DNA of 64,000 nucleotides from Planctomycetota bacterium. GTDB lineage: Bacteria; Planctomycetota; GCA-002687715. The stretch is from assembly GCA_002687715.1 (NCBI GenBank), contig NZBC01000204.1, forward strand, positions 1,135 through 65,134, in the 5' to 3' direction. Below, in pieces: positions 27,554-36,845 of the stretch (position 1 is the first letter of the stretch; each line of letters opens with the position of its first letter). The notes beneath the pieces were generated by a model, which saw nothing but the letters and a program-made list of their open reading frames with translations, made no database searches and had not been told where the DNA came from. Both the position numbers and the translations under genes were made by a program.

Positions 27554-27958
27554 GGCCTCGGCCGTTTTCCCCACACCGGCGTTCGGATCCTGCCGGCCCG
27601 CCGCCCACCGACGGTGGTCGTCCGCAACGGGCCCCGACTCCTCGGAGCAACCAAGCGGTGGGAAGTCACCTCGCACTCAGGTGATAGGCGCTCTTCGCTC
27701 TCGGGAGAAAACCGGGCCGACATCCGTCTGAGGCCCCTCTGCCTGTGGGGAACGCGGGCAGATATCCGCGGATTCCGGACAGGTTTTTCAGGGCCCGGCC
27801 CCTCCGCGTCAGGTTCACCTGGGGCTTGCGAGACCGATCGGAATCAGGTCGGTGACGCCGTCTTCCACAATGATGATGAGGCGTATGACGACGAAGGAGA
27901 TCTCTTCTCTAGAAGATAGGGATCCTTCAGAGACGCTTGCTACGCTGGCCCACTTCCC

Positions 27959-29122
27959 ATGAGCGTGCCGCCCAAGAGCTTGTACGTGCACATTCCGTTC
28001 TGTGAGCGGAAATGCCACTACTGCGCGTTCAACTCTTACGCGGGAGCGCCAGATGCGACCATCGATCGCTACGTCGAGACCTTGCTTCTGGAGCTCGGGA
28101 CGCTCGGATCGGATCTGGCGCTCGAGACCATCTACGTCGGTGGCGGGACTCCGACTGCTCTGACGGGAAGCCAACTCGATCGGCTCCTCGGAGCGATCGA
28201 CGTCGCCCGGTCGGGACCGGAACCCGAGTGGACCGTCGAGATGAACCCGGGAACGGCTGATCGGGATCGCCTGGCCGCCCTGCTCAGCTCCGGTGTGAAC
28301 CGCATCAGCATGGGAGTGCAGAGCCTCGATCCGGTGAGACTGAAGAGACTCGGTCGAATCCACACCCCCGAAGACGTCACGACGACCGTGTCAACGCTCC
28401 ACGACGCCGGATTCGGGAACGTGAACCTGGACCTGATCTACGGTCAGCCCGACCAGTCGCTCTCCCAGTGGTTGGACGATGTCTCGGCCATCATCGCGCT
28501 CGAGCCGGAGCACCTGAGTCTGTACGCGCAGCAGTACGAGGAAGGGACCGTCTACACCCGCGCTCGCGACCTCGGGAAGCTTGGCGAGTGTGCCGATGAG
28601 GTCGTTCTCGAGATGTTCCACGCCGCACGGGATCGGCTGTCCGAGGCGGGGTACGAGCTCTACGAGATCTCCAACTTCGCGCGGCCTGGTCGGCAGTCGC
28701 GCCACAACTTGAACTACTGGCGCAATGAGCCCTACTACGGGATCGGTGCGGGTGCATATGCGTGCGTCGACGACGAACGTCGCCTCAACGAACCCGACCC
28801 GACCCGCTACGTGGATCGCATCGCGGACGAAGGCCACGCGGTGGTGGAGCGCGAGTCGCTTGGATCGGTGGAGACCTACGTCGAGACGTTGGCTTCCGGC
28901 TTGCGAACGAAAGAAGGTGTCGACCTCGACGGACTGCGCGCGCGCACGGGGTTCGATCCGCGTCAGCTCCACGGCGAGCATCTGGACCGACTCGCGACGG
29001 AAGGCCTCGCGGCCGTACACGACGGACATCTCACCTTGACGTTGGCTGGTCTCTGGATTCTCGACACCGTGATGGAACCGTTCCTTGACGGACTCCCACG
29101 TGACACCGCGGCCTGCGCATGA
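27959..29122 (+). CDS. hemW: Radical-SAM heme chaperone HemW (HemN-like, oxygen-independent coproporphyrinogen oxidase family)
   Basis: LYVHIPFCERKCHYCAFNSY (CxxxCxxC radical-SAM cluster), GGGTPT, ...NLDLIYGQPDQS...NFARPGRQSRHNLNYW. Confidence 0.85.
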   Translation: MSVPPKSLYVHIPFCERKCHYCAFNSYAGAPDATIDRYVETLLLELGTLGSDLALETIYVGGGTPTALTGSQLDRLLGAIDVARSGPEPEWTVEMNPGTADRDRLAALLSSGVNRISMGVQSLDPVRLKRLGRIHTPEDVTTTVSTLHDAGFGNVNLDLIYGQPDQSLSQWLDDVSAIIALEPEHLSLYAQQYEEGTVYTRARDLGKLGECADEVVLEMFHAARDRLSEAGYELYEISNFARPGRQSRHNLNYWRNEPYYGIGAGAYACVDDERRLNEPDPTRYVDRIADEGHAVVERESLGSVETYVETLASGLRTKEGVDLDGLRARTGFDPRQLHGEHLDRLATEGLAAVHDGHLTLTLAGLWILDTVMEPFLDGLPRDTAACA

Positions 29123-29700
29123 TCCTCCTTCTTGACAACTACGATTCGTTCACGTGGAACCTCGCACACTTGCTTGCTTGTGACGGCGAGCCGGTCGAGG
29201 TTCATCGTTGCGATCGCATCACCGTGTCCGATGTGATAGCGAAGCACCCACGTCGCATAGTCATCTCGCCGGGGCCGGGTCGGCCGACAGATCGTGGAAT
29301 CTCCATTGAACTCGTGCGGCGAGTCTCCGATCGCATCCCGACACTCGGTGTCTGTCTTGGACATCAGTCCATCGTCACCGCATTTGGTGGACGCATCGTG
29401 CGTGGTCCGGAACCCGTTCACGGCATGGCGCGTCCCGTGCACCACGACGGGGCGGGCGTGTTCGCCGGGCTACTCGATCCTATCGTCGCGATGCGATATC
29501 ACTCGCTGGTCGTTGATCGCGCGTCTTTGCCCGACGCGTTCGTCGTCTCGGCGTGGCTCGACGACGGAACGATCATGGGTGTCCGGCATCGGACCCGGCC
29601 GTTGGTCGGTATCCAGTTTCATCCCGAGTCGTTCCTGACCCCATCCGGACCGGTATTGGTGCGGAACTTCCTCGAACCGGTCGAGGTAGGTGTCTCATGA
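29119..29700 (+). CDS. Glutamine amidotransferase of anthranilate/aminodeoxychorismate synthase (TrpG/PabA)
   Basis: MILLLDNYDSFTWNLAHLL...IVISPGPGRP...IPTLGVCLGHQSI (catalytic Cys)...GIQFHPES. Its ATG overlaps the hemW stop (ATGA). Confidence 0.9.
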   Translation: MILLLDNYDSFTWNLAHLLACDGEPVEVHRCDRITVSDVIAKHPRRIVISPGPGRPTDRGISIELVRRVSDRIPTLGVCLGHQSIVTAFGGRIVRGPEPVHGMARPVHHDGAGVFAGLLDPIVAMRYHSLVVDRASLPDAFVVSAWLDDGTIMGVRHRTRPLVGIQFHPESFLTPSGPVLVRNFLEPVEVGVS

Positions 29701-30617
29701 CATTCGGTGATCGTGTGATCGCACGGTGTCGCGAGGTCGGAGCTCCGATTTGTCTCGGCATGGACCCGCGGCCGTCGTTGCTGCCGGAGGCGATCGTCAC
29801 CGCAGCCCACGACACGGTTGCCGATCCGGATGACGAGGTTCTCGTCGTCTCGGGTGCATTTCGTCTCTTCGCCGAACGAGTGATCGATCTGACCGGCGAC
29901 GACATCGCCGCGTTCAAACCACAGGCAGCGTTCTTCGAGGCCTATCTCACGGCCGGATTCGCGGCGTTCGAGAGCGTGTGCCGGACCGCGATGAATCGCG
30001 GCGTTCTCGTGGTCGCGGACGTGAAGCGCGGCGACATCGGGACGACCGCCGCCGCGTACGCCCAGGCCTACCTGGGGCCGTGCGGTGCGTCGTCACCGCT
30101 GGCCGATGCCGTGACCGTCAACGCTTATCTTGGCAGCGATGGTGTGCGCCCGTTCCTCGACGTGGCGGTACCGACCGATCGCGGGATCTTCGTTCTCGTC
30201 AAGACGAGCAACCCTTCGTCGGGAGAGCTGCAGGACATTGCAACCGGGACCGGTACGGTCGCGGAACGGATGGCGGGTCTGGTCAATGAATGGAATCAAC
30301 CCCACGGCACATCCGGCTACGGATCCGTCGGTGCGGTGGTCGGTGCGACGTACCCCGAACATCTGAAGCACCTGCGAGCGGCGTTGCCGGGTTCGATCCT
30401 GTTGCTCCCCGGGTACGGCGCACAAGGCGCCGGAGCAGATGACGTTGCGGCGGGCTTCGACGCCAACGGGAACGGTGCGCTCGTCGCCGCGAGTCGATCA
30501 CTGACGTTCCCGTGGTCGAAGGAGGGCCCGGCGCCCGCCGACTGGGAAGACCGAATCGTCGAGGCCGTGGCGGCGATGAAGGCGGATCTGGCGCGGGTCT
30601 TCGCCGCGGGGGCGTGA
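29697..30617 (+). CDS. pyrF: Orotidine-5'-phosphate decarboxylase, type 2
   Basis: ATG at 29697 (overlaps the upstream stop) in ORF 29553..30617: ICLGMDPRP...AAFKPQAAFFEAY...VVADVKRGDIGTTAAAYA...VTVNAYLGSDG...FVLVKTSNPSSGELQD. Confidence 0.85.
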   Translation: MTFGDRVIARCREVGAPICLGMDPRPSLLPEAIVTAAHDTVADPDDEVLVVSGAFRLFAERVIDLTGDDIAAFKPQAAFFEAYLTAGFAAFESVCRTAMNRGVLVVADVKRGDIGTTAAAYAQAYLGPCGASSPLADAVTVNAYLGSDGVRPFLDVAVPTDRGIFVLVKTSNPSSGELQDIATGTGTVAERMAGLVNEWNQPHGTSGYGSVGAVVGATYPEHLKHLRAALPGSILLLPGYGAQGAGADDVAAGFDANGNGALVAASRSLTFPWSKEGPAPADWEDRIVEAVAAMKADLARVFAAGA

Positions 30618-30623
30618 TCGAAC

Positions 30624-31358
30624 ATGTCGAGCGAGGCGCCCTGGTTCGAGGTAGCGTTCGGGGAGCTGTACCCGGTCCTCTACGCACACCGCGACGATGC
30701 GTCGGCGGCGGGGGAGACCGAGTTCACGGTTCGGACGCTCGACCTCGAGCCAGGCGACCGGGTCCTCGACCTCGGCTGTGGCGGCGGACGTCACCTGCGT
30801 GGACTGAGCGCCGCCGGGATCACCGCAGTCGGCATGGACCTCTCGAAGGCGCTCCTCGATGACAACGCAGCCCGTGGGGGAGAACGCCTCGTGCGCGCTG
30901 ACATGCGCCGCCTTCCCTTCGGGCCGGGAACACTTGACGCCGTCGTGTCGTTCTTCACTTCGTTCGGTTACTTCGCCTCCGATCACGAGGATCGTCTCGT
31001 GCTCCGCGAAGTCGCCCGGGTCGTACGCCCAGGGGGCCGGTATCTGCTCGACTATCTCGACGCCCGCGAGGTCGGGGCGAACGTCGTCCCCCGGTCGGAA
31101 AAGACGGTCGGCGGCTACCAGATCGTCGAAGCCCGCCGCATCGAGGACGGACGCGTGAAGAAGCAAGTCTGGATTCGACGGACAAGTGACGGCGAGGAAG
31201 CCGTGGCGTACGAGGAATCAGTCCGGCTCTACTCACCGGCCGAACTCGAGGCGATGATCGACGCAGTTGGATTCGACGTTCGCAAGAGGTTCGGTGCGCT
31301 CGATGGACGCGCCCTCGGAGAAGGTGGCCGCTGCGTGATCGCGGCCGTACGGCGATGA
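30624..31358 (+). CDS. Class I SAM-dependent methyltransferase
   Basis: Motif I VLDLGCGGGRH; post-I GMDLS; ...LDAVVSFFTSFGYF...RVVRPGGRYLL. Confidence 0.8.
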   Translation: MSSEAPWFEVAFGELYPVLYAHRDDASAAGETEFTVRTLDLEPGDRVLDLGCGGGRHLRGLSAAGITAVGMDLSKALLDDNAARGGERLVRADMRRLPFGPGTLDAVVSFFTSFGYFASDHEDRLVLREVARVVRPGGRYLLDYLDAREVGANVVPRSEKTVGGYQIVEARRIEDGRVKKQVWIRRTSDGEEAVAYEESVRLYSPAELEAMIDAVGFDVRKRFGALDGRALGEGGRCVIAAVRR

Positions 31359-32965
31359 AGATCGAGTCCGTCAACCCGCCCCGGAGTCCGTCATTCGACG
31401 CGGTGCTGCGCGACGACCCCGCATCTCGTCCGACCGATCGGTTTCCGTATGCACCAGACCTCGATGGACTCGCTGAGGCGGCGCGGTTCGCGTCCCGCAC
31501 ACGTTTCCCGCGCGGGCGCGTCGTGGATCTTCTTGCCCGCTACAACACCAAGGTCGAGAATCACGCCGGCGCCACTCTCGCAGAGCGCCTGAGGGACCCC
31601 CAGAGCCTGGTGATCGCCACCGGGCAGCAGCCCGGTCTCTTTGGTGGACCGATGATGGTGTTCGCGAAGATCGCAGGCGCCGTCACGTTGTCTCGTCAGC
31701 TGGAGGATCGCCTCGGCGTCCCCGTCGTACCCTTGTTCTGGAATCACTCCGAAGATCACGACCTCGAAGAGGTGAACCGGTTCGCGTGGCGCGACGGAGC
31801 CAGCATCACGCGCGGCAAGGTCCCGATCGAGGACCGCGGCGCGTCTCTCGACGAGATCCACATCGACGGCGCGGTCATCGCAGCCGCGCAGGAGATGCTG
31901 GAGGCGACCGGGGTGCGACCACCGTGCAAAGAGCTCTACTTGCCGCGCGCCGAGGAGAGCTACGCGACCTGGACCTCGCGCGTCGTGGGTGCCGTCCTCG
32001 CGGATCTGCCGGTCGTGCATCTCGAACCGTATGCCATTCGCTCGACGCTGGGTCCGCTGTTCTCGGAGTGGATCACTGCGTGGAAGCCCCTGGACGAAGC
32101 AGTGCGGGCAGGCATCACTGCCGTGGCGGCCGCGGGGATGGCGCCCCAGGTCGTCCCGGACGCGCCTGGCCATCTCTTCCTCCGAGATGAGGGTGGGCGG
32201 CGAAAGAAGCTGCGTCGCATCGATGATCGCTGGCAGTGGAATGGCGCGGAGGGTCTTCCTGACGACGCGGACGCATGGTTGCAGAATCGCGCAACCGGGT
32301 CGCCGGAGAGCTTCTCCTGCACGGCGCTCGTGCGTCCGCTCGCCCAGCAGGCGATCCTGCCGGTCGTCGCGCAGGTGAACGGACCGGCGGAGGTCGCATA
32401 CTTCGCGCAGCTCCCGGAGGTGTTCGAAGCCGCGGGACTCCCGCTGCCGGCCGTGATGCCGCGTCCTTCGCTGACCGTTCTCGGGACGAAGGAGGCGCAG
32501 GCCGCGAACCGCTTCGGACTCTCGACGATCGACCTCGTGCGCGCGCCCGACACCTGGTCGTCGCCGGACCCCACCGACGAAGGCGCACGCCCGGATCAGA
32601 GACGGTTCCGGCACGTCCTGGCGACGCTCTCCGAGTGGGAGCAGGAGCTCGCCGATACCGCCCCGGACGAGGGCGTCCGACGGTCGGTAGCGGGATGGGC
32701 AAAGAAGGTCGGTGACGCGACACGGCGGCTCGAGAAATCGTTTGAGAAGGCGTCGGAACAGCAGTCGGGGGCCGGGCGCGCAGTGCGGCACCGGCTGGCC
32801 GAGTGGGTCCACCCCATGGGCAGACCCCAGGAGCGGATTCTCGGTCCACTCGCGATTGCGCGGGGACAGGATCCCGCTTTGTCGGGGGACATCCTGGCGC
32901 GCATCGACCCGTTGGATTTCCGGCATCACGTCGTCACACTGGAGCACGGGGACTTCCAATCATGA
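31355..32965 (+). CDS. bshC: Bacillithiol biosynthesis cysteine-adding enzyme BshC
   Basis: 536 aa. VIATGQQPGLFGGPMMVFAKIAGAVTLSRQLEDRLGVPVVPLFWNHSEDHDLEEVN matches the BshC signature (GQQxGLxGGPxYxxxK...PVFWxxxEDHDxxE). Its start overlaps the upstream stop by 4 nt. Confidence 0.8.
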   Translation: MKIESVNPPRSPSFDAVLRDDPASRPTDRFPYAPDLDGLAEAARFASRTRFPRGRVVDLLARYNTKVENHAGATLAERLRDPQSLVIATGQQPGLFGGPMMVFAKIAGAVTLSRQLEDRLGVPVVPLFWNHSEDHDLEEVNRFAWRDGASITRGKVPIEDRGASLDEIHIDGAVIAAAQEMLEATGVRPPCKELYLPRAEESYATWTSRVVGAVLADLPVVHLEPYAIRSTLGPLFSEWITAWKPLDEAVRAGITAVAAAGMAPQVVPDAPGHLFLRDEGGRRKKLRRIDDRWQWNGAEGLPDDADAWLQNRATGSPESFSCTALVRPLAQQAILPVVAQVNGPAEVAYFAQLPEVFEAAGLPLPAVMPRPSLTVLGTKEAQAANRFGLSTIDLVRAPDTWSSPDPTDEGARPDQRRFRHVLATLSEWEQELADTAPDEGVRRSVAGWAKKVGDATRRLEKSFEKASEQQSGAGRAVRHRLAEWVHPMGRPQERILGPLAIARGQDPALSGDILARIDPLDFRHHVVTLEHGDFQS

Positions 32966-33702
32966 CGGTCGATGTACTTGCATTCGGCGCGCACCCGGAC
33001 GACGTCGAGCTCTCGGTCGGCGGAACGCTGCTCGCGCTGCAGGAGCTGGGCCATACCGTGGGCATCGTCGACATGACGCGGGGGGAGATGGGGACGCGGG
33101 GCTCGCCCGAGATCCGCGCAAGAGAAGCGCAGGAGGCGGCGCGCCGACTTGGCGTCGAGGTTCGCCAGAACCTCGGTCTTCCGGATGGTCGCGTGGCACT
33201 CGATGAGACGTCGCGCGAAGAGACCATTCGCGTCATCCGCGCGCAGCGCCCGCGACTCGTGCTCGCTCCGTTGCAAAGCGACCTGCACCCGGATCACGAA
33301 TGGACGGGTCGGGTCGTGCGGGAAGCAGCGTTCCTGGCCGGGCTGGGCAAGTGGGAGACGGGGCAGAATCCGCACCGTCCGCGCACGGTGCTCCACTACT
33401 TCTCCCACACGCTGCGAGAGCCAGATCTCGTCATCGACATCACGCCTCATTTCAGTCAGAAGAAGGAAGCGTGCCTTGCCTACCAGAGCCAGTTCCACGA
33501 TCCGGAATCGAGGAAGCCTGCGACGTACATCGCGGGCGAGAAGTTCTGGGACTGGTGGGAAGCGCGCGCGCGCCATTTCGGGCATCGGGTCGGCGTGACC
33601 TTCGGTGAGGCCTTCGTCCACGAGGGACCGCTTCCCGTGAAAGACCCGGTCCGTCTCTTCGACGAGTTCGGGTACTACCCTCAAGAGGATGACAACGCGT
33701 GA
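32962..33702 (+). CDS. bshB: LmbE/PIG-L family deacetylase, bacillithiol BshB1-type
   Basis: ATG at 32962 (ATGA overlap with bshC): MTVDVLAFGAHPDDVELSVGGTLLAL...GIVDMTRGEMGTRGS...HPDH (zinc-binding AHPDDxE / HPDH motifs). Confidence 0.8.
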   Translation: MTVDVLAFGAHPDDVELSVGGTLLALQELGHTVGIVDMTRGEMGTRGSPEIRAREAQEAARRLGVEVRQNLGLPDGRVALDETSREETIRVIRAQRPRLVLAPLQSDLHPDHEWTGRVVREAAFLAGLGKWETGQNPHRPRTVLHYFSHTLREPDLVIDITPHFSQKKEACLAYQSQFHDPESRKPATYIAGEKFWDWWEARARHFGHRVGVTFGEAFVHEGPLPVKDPVRLFDEFGYYPQEDDNA

Positions 33703-34847
33703 GCGAGAGCTGCGATCTGCGCATCGGCATCATCTGCTACCCGACGTACGGCGGCTCCGGCGCCGTCGCGGTCGACCTCGCGGCGGCGCTTGCGAACCGT
33801 GGCCACGAGGTGCACGTGATCTCGTACGCGAGCCCGTTCCGCATGGAAACGAGCGGCAAGCTCCTCTTCCACGAGGTCGCGGTCCCCGAATACCCGCTCT
33901 TCCGATATCCACCCTACGCGATGGCACTCGCGAGCAAGCTCGCGGAGGTCACGGCGCACCACGAGCTGCAGGTGCTTCACGCCCACTATGCGATTCCGCA
34001 CAGCATGGCGGCGTTCGTCGCGCGTGAGATCCACGGCGACGAACGCATCGGCGTCTTGACGACGTTGCACGGCACGGACATCACTCTCGTGGGCTCGGAT
34101 CCGTCGTACCGGCCTTCGACGGCCTACGCGCTCCGACGATCCGACGCCATCACCGCCGTCTCGGAGTACCTCAAGGACGAGACGCTGCGCACTATCTGTG
34201 ACTCGTGCGTGATCGGCGTCGTGCCGAACTTCGTGGACACGGTCCGATACGCGCCTCGCGAGCGCATGGAGCTACGCACGCACTACGCAAAGGACGACGA
34301 ACCACTCCTCATGCACATGTCGAACTTCCGCCCGGTGAAGCGGGTCCTGGATGTCGTGCGTGTGTTCCATCGTGTCTACCAGGACATGCCCGCGCGGCTG
34401 GTGATGGTGGGCGACGGTCCCGAACGCCCCGCCGCGGAGCGTCTCGTGCGCGAGCTCGAGCTGCATCACCGGGTGACGTTCACGGGAGCGATGCCTGATG
34501 CGTCGCGGTTGCTGTCACAGGCCGACGCGTTCCTGCTCCCGTCGGACGGCGAGTCGTTCGGTCTTGCAGCTCTGGAGGCCCTGTCGTGCGGGGTCCCGGT
34601 GGTGGGCGCGCGAGCCGGTGGACTGCCCGAGGTCGTCATCGACGGTGAGAGTGGCATCCTCGAGAGCGTGGGTGACTGCGAGGCGATGGGGTCGCGTCTC
34701 TCCGAGATTCTCGGCAATGTCGCGACCCGTGAATCATATCGTCAACGCGCCCGCCGGCGCGTCGAGGAGCACTTTCGAACGGACCGGGTCGCGCCGCGCT
34801 ACGAAGATGTCTATCGCTCCATCCTCGAACGGCGGGCGCATCGATGA
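33699..34847 (+). CDS. bshA: GT4 glycosyltransferase, N-acetyl-alpha-D-glucosaminyl L-malate synthase BshA-type
   Basis: GTG overlapping the bshB stop. LRIGIICYPTYGGSGAVAVDLAAALANRGHEVHVISYASPFR resembles the BshA N-terminus ([35 protein letters not shown]). C-terminal E(x7)E region: LLPSDGESFGLAALEALSCGVPVV. Confidence 0.8.
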   Translation: MSESCDLRIGIICYPTYGGSGAVAVDLAAALANRGHEVHVISYASPFRMETSGKLLFHEVAVPEYPLFRYPPYAMALASKLAEVTAHHELQVLHAHYAIPHSMAAFVAREIHGDERIGVLTTLHGTDITLVGSDPSYRPSTAYALRRSDAITAVSEYLKDETLRTICDSCVIGVVPNFVDTVRYAPRERMELRTHYAKDDEPLLMHMSNFRPVKRVLDVVRVFHRVYQDMPARLVMVGDGPERPAAERLVRELELHHRVTFTGAMPDASRLLSQADAFLLPSDGESFGLAALEALSCGVPVVGARAGGLPEVVIDGESGILESVGDCEAMGSRLSEILGNVATRESYRQRARRRVEEHFRTDRVAPRYEDVYRSILERRAHR

Positions 34848-34884
34848 ACCGCGCTCGCCTCCCGCGGGTGGTTGGCGGGTAGGT

Positions 34885-35550
34885 TCAGGAGCAGGGCCGC
34901 TCGGCGAGCCGCGCGAGGAACCGCCGGGCTGAGTCGCCGACGCCGTCCTCGCTCGTCTCCATCTGGTACTTGCGCGCCACCGAGTCGAGCATCTGCCCCG
35001 ACGCCTCGCGGAACGCCTCGAAGACGCCGCCGCCTTCCTTCGCGGAACTCTCGTAGGTCGGCACCCCGCGGAAATTCAACTTCGCGTCGAGATCCTCGAC
35101 GGAGGAGAGTTCGGGGAGGTCGCGCTTGTTGTACTGGAGCACGAGCGGGATGGTGTTCACGTCGAGGCCGTTGGCGGTGAGGTTCTCGCCGAGGTTCAAG
35201 ATGCTCTCGACGTTCTCGTCGATGCGATCGGCTTGCGAGTCCGCGACGAACACCACGCAGTCGGCGCCCATGAGGACGTACTTGCGCGTGAGGTTGTATT
35301 TCACCTGACCCGGCACGGTGAAGCCCTGGATCTTGATCTTGTAGCCACCGACCATGCCGAGGTCGATCGGCAAGAAATCGAAGAACAGCGTCCGCTCCTC
35401 GTCGGTCTTCAGCGAGATCAGCTTCACTCGCTTGTTCGGATCCAGGATGTCGTGGACACACTTGAGACTCGTGGTCTTCCCGCCCAGGCCCGGTCCGTAG
35501 TAGACGACCTTGGTGGTGATGGTCTTGTCGCGCGTGTTGACGATGCTCAT
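34885..35550 (-). CDS. mglA: Ras-like small GTPase MglA (polarity/gliding-motility GTPase family)
   Basis: Internal ATG (35550): MSIVNTRDKTITTKVVYYGPGLGGKTTSL (P-loop), ERTLFFDFLP (switch 1), IQGFTVPGQVKY (the MglA-specific TVPGQ in place of DxxGQ), LQYNKRD (NKxD). 221 aa, about 25 aa longer at the C-terminus than the ~195-aa length I recall for Myxococcus MglA. No mglB is adjacent. Confidence 0.85.
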   Translation of the reverse strand: MSIVNTRDKTITTKVVYYGPGLGGKTTSLKCVHDILDPNKRVKLISLKTDEERTLFFDFLPIDLGMVGGYKIKIQGFTVPGQVKYNLTRKYVLMGADCVVFVADSQADRIDENVESILNLGENLTANGLDVNTIPLVLQYNKRDLPELSSVEDLDAKLNFRGVPTYESSAKEGGGVFEAFREASGQMLDSVARKYQMETSEDGVGDSARRFLARLAERPCS

Positions 35551-35666
35551 GGGGTGCCTGATGTGGTCGGATTCTGCTTCCGGTACCCGGTTTGGGCGCG
35601 GCAATTCGGACTTCCCTCGAAGTCACTCTCGGCCATGAACGGGGTTGCGCTTTAAACTGGGCATGA

Positions 35667-36845
35667 ATGCGCATCTACTTGGATCACAACGCGACCACGC
35701 CGATGGACCCGCGCGTGCTCGAGGCGATGCAGCCGTGGTTCCTTGGGCACCATGGCAACCCGAGCAGCCTGCACGCGGAGGGACGTGAAGCCCGCCGGGC
35801 GGTCGAGGAGGCGCGCGAGTCCGTCGCGGCACTTCTCGGGCAGGATCCTCGCACGATCCTGTTCACGAGCGGGGCGACCGAAGCGAATAACACCGCGCTG
35901 CGGGGGCTGCTCGCCGCCGGCGCGGATTCGGATGCGGGCCCGGCGCATCTCGCGGTGTCGGCGGTGGAACATCCGTCGGTTCTCACCTGCGCTGAAGCGC
36001 TGCAGCGGGAGGGAGTTCGGGTGACTCACCTCACCGTCGATGAGGACGGGCGCGTTCATCTCGAGGCGGTTGATGCCGCCCTCGCCGATGGTGCGCGGGT
36101 GGTGGCGGTCATGGCCGCGAACAACGAGGTCGGGACGCTGCAGCCGTGGTCCGAGATCGCGGATCGTTGTCGCGCGGCGGGAGCCGCCCTCCACGTCGAT
36201 GCCGTGCAGATGATCGGCAAGCACCCGTTGGCCGTGCCGGACCCCGGCGCGGGCACGCTGAGTCTCTCCGCGCACAAATTCGGCGGACCCAAGGGTGCGG
36301 GTGCGCTGTGGATCCGTGAGGAAACCCGCCTCACGCCGCTCCTCTTCGGGGGCGGCCAGGAGCGCTTGCGGCGAGGAGGAACGGAGAACGTCGTGGGCCT
36401 CATCGGCCTCGGCGCCGCGGCACGGCTCGCCGCCGGGGAGACGGCGAGCCGGCGGCGCCGACTCACGGCGCTCGAAAACGCCTTCCTCGGCGCGATCCGC
36501 GAACGCATCCCGGACGTCGTCCTGCACGGTCCGTCCGGCGCGACGGAAGGGGGGCGTCTCGCCGGGACCCTCTGTTTGCGCGTCCCCGGGGTACCCGGCG
36601 AGCCCCTCCTGATGGGGCTGGACCTCCAGGGCGTGGCGATCAGTCTCGGATCGGCGTGTAGCAGTGGCGCCGTCGAACCCTCCCACGTCCTCCACGCGAT
36701 GGAGATCAACAAGGTGGATAACCTGGAGAGCTTCCGCGTGTCGCTGGGTTGGGAGCAGGACGAGGCGACCGTGCTACGAGCGGCACGGATCATCGCCGAC
36801 GTGGCCGATCGCAACCGCAAGCCGCCAGACGGTTTGGGGCGCTGA
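35667..36845 (+). CDS. Cysteine desulfurase (NifS/IscS class)
   Basis: MRIYLDHNATTPMDPRVLEAM...GNPSSLHAEGREAR...FTSGATEANN...SLSAHKFGGPKGAGAL (PLP-Lys)...SLGSACSSG (catalytic Cys loop). Confidence 0.9.
   Translation: MRIYLDHNATTPMDPRVLEAMQPWFLGHHGNPSSLHAEGREARRAVEEARESVAALLGQDPRTILFTSGATEANNTALRGLLAAGADSDAGPAHLAVSAVEHPSVLTCAEALQREGVRVTHLTVDEDGRVHLEAVDAALADGARVVAVMAANNEVGTLQPWSEIADRCRAAGAALHVDAVQMIGKHPLAVPDPGAGTLSLSAHKFGGPKGAGALWIREETRLTPLLFGGGQERLRRGGTENVVGLIGLGAAARLAAGETASRRRRLTALENAFLGAIRERIPDVVLHGPSGATEGGRLAGTLCLRVPGVPGEPLLMGLDLQGVAISLGSACSSGAVEPSHVLHAMEINKVDNLESFRVSLGWEQDEATVLRAARIIADVADRNRKPPDGLGR

Noticed and set aside
27870-27962. 30-codon upstream ORF (MMMRRMTTKEISSLEDRDPSETLATLAHFP) whose TGA overlaps the hemW ATG
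   Set aside because: Its codon third positions are far less G/C-biased than those of real genes here, there is no RBS, and there is no recognisable peptide family. It is probably non-coding leader sequence.
29146-29161. Third parS-like sequence, TCGTTCACGTGGAACC
   Set aside because: It matches at only 12/16 positions and encodes the conserved DSFTWN motif of the glutamine amidotransferase, so its presence is explained by coding constraint.
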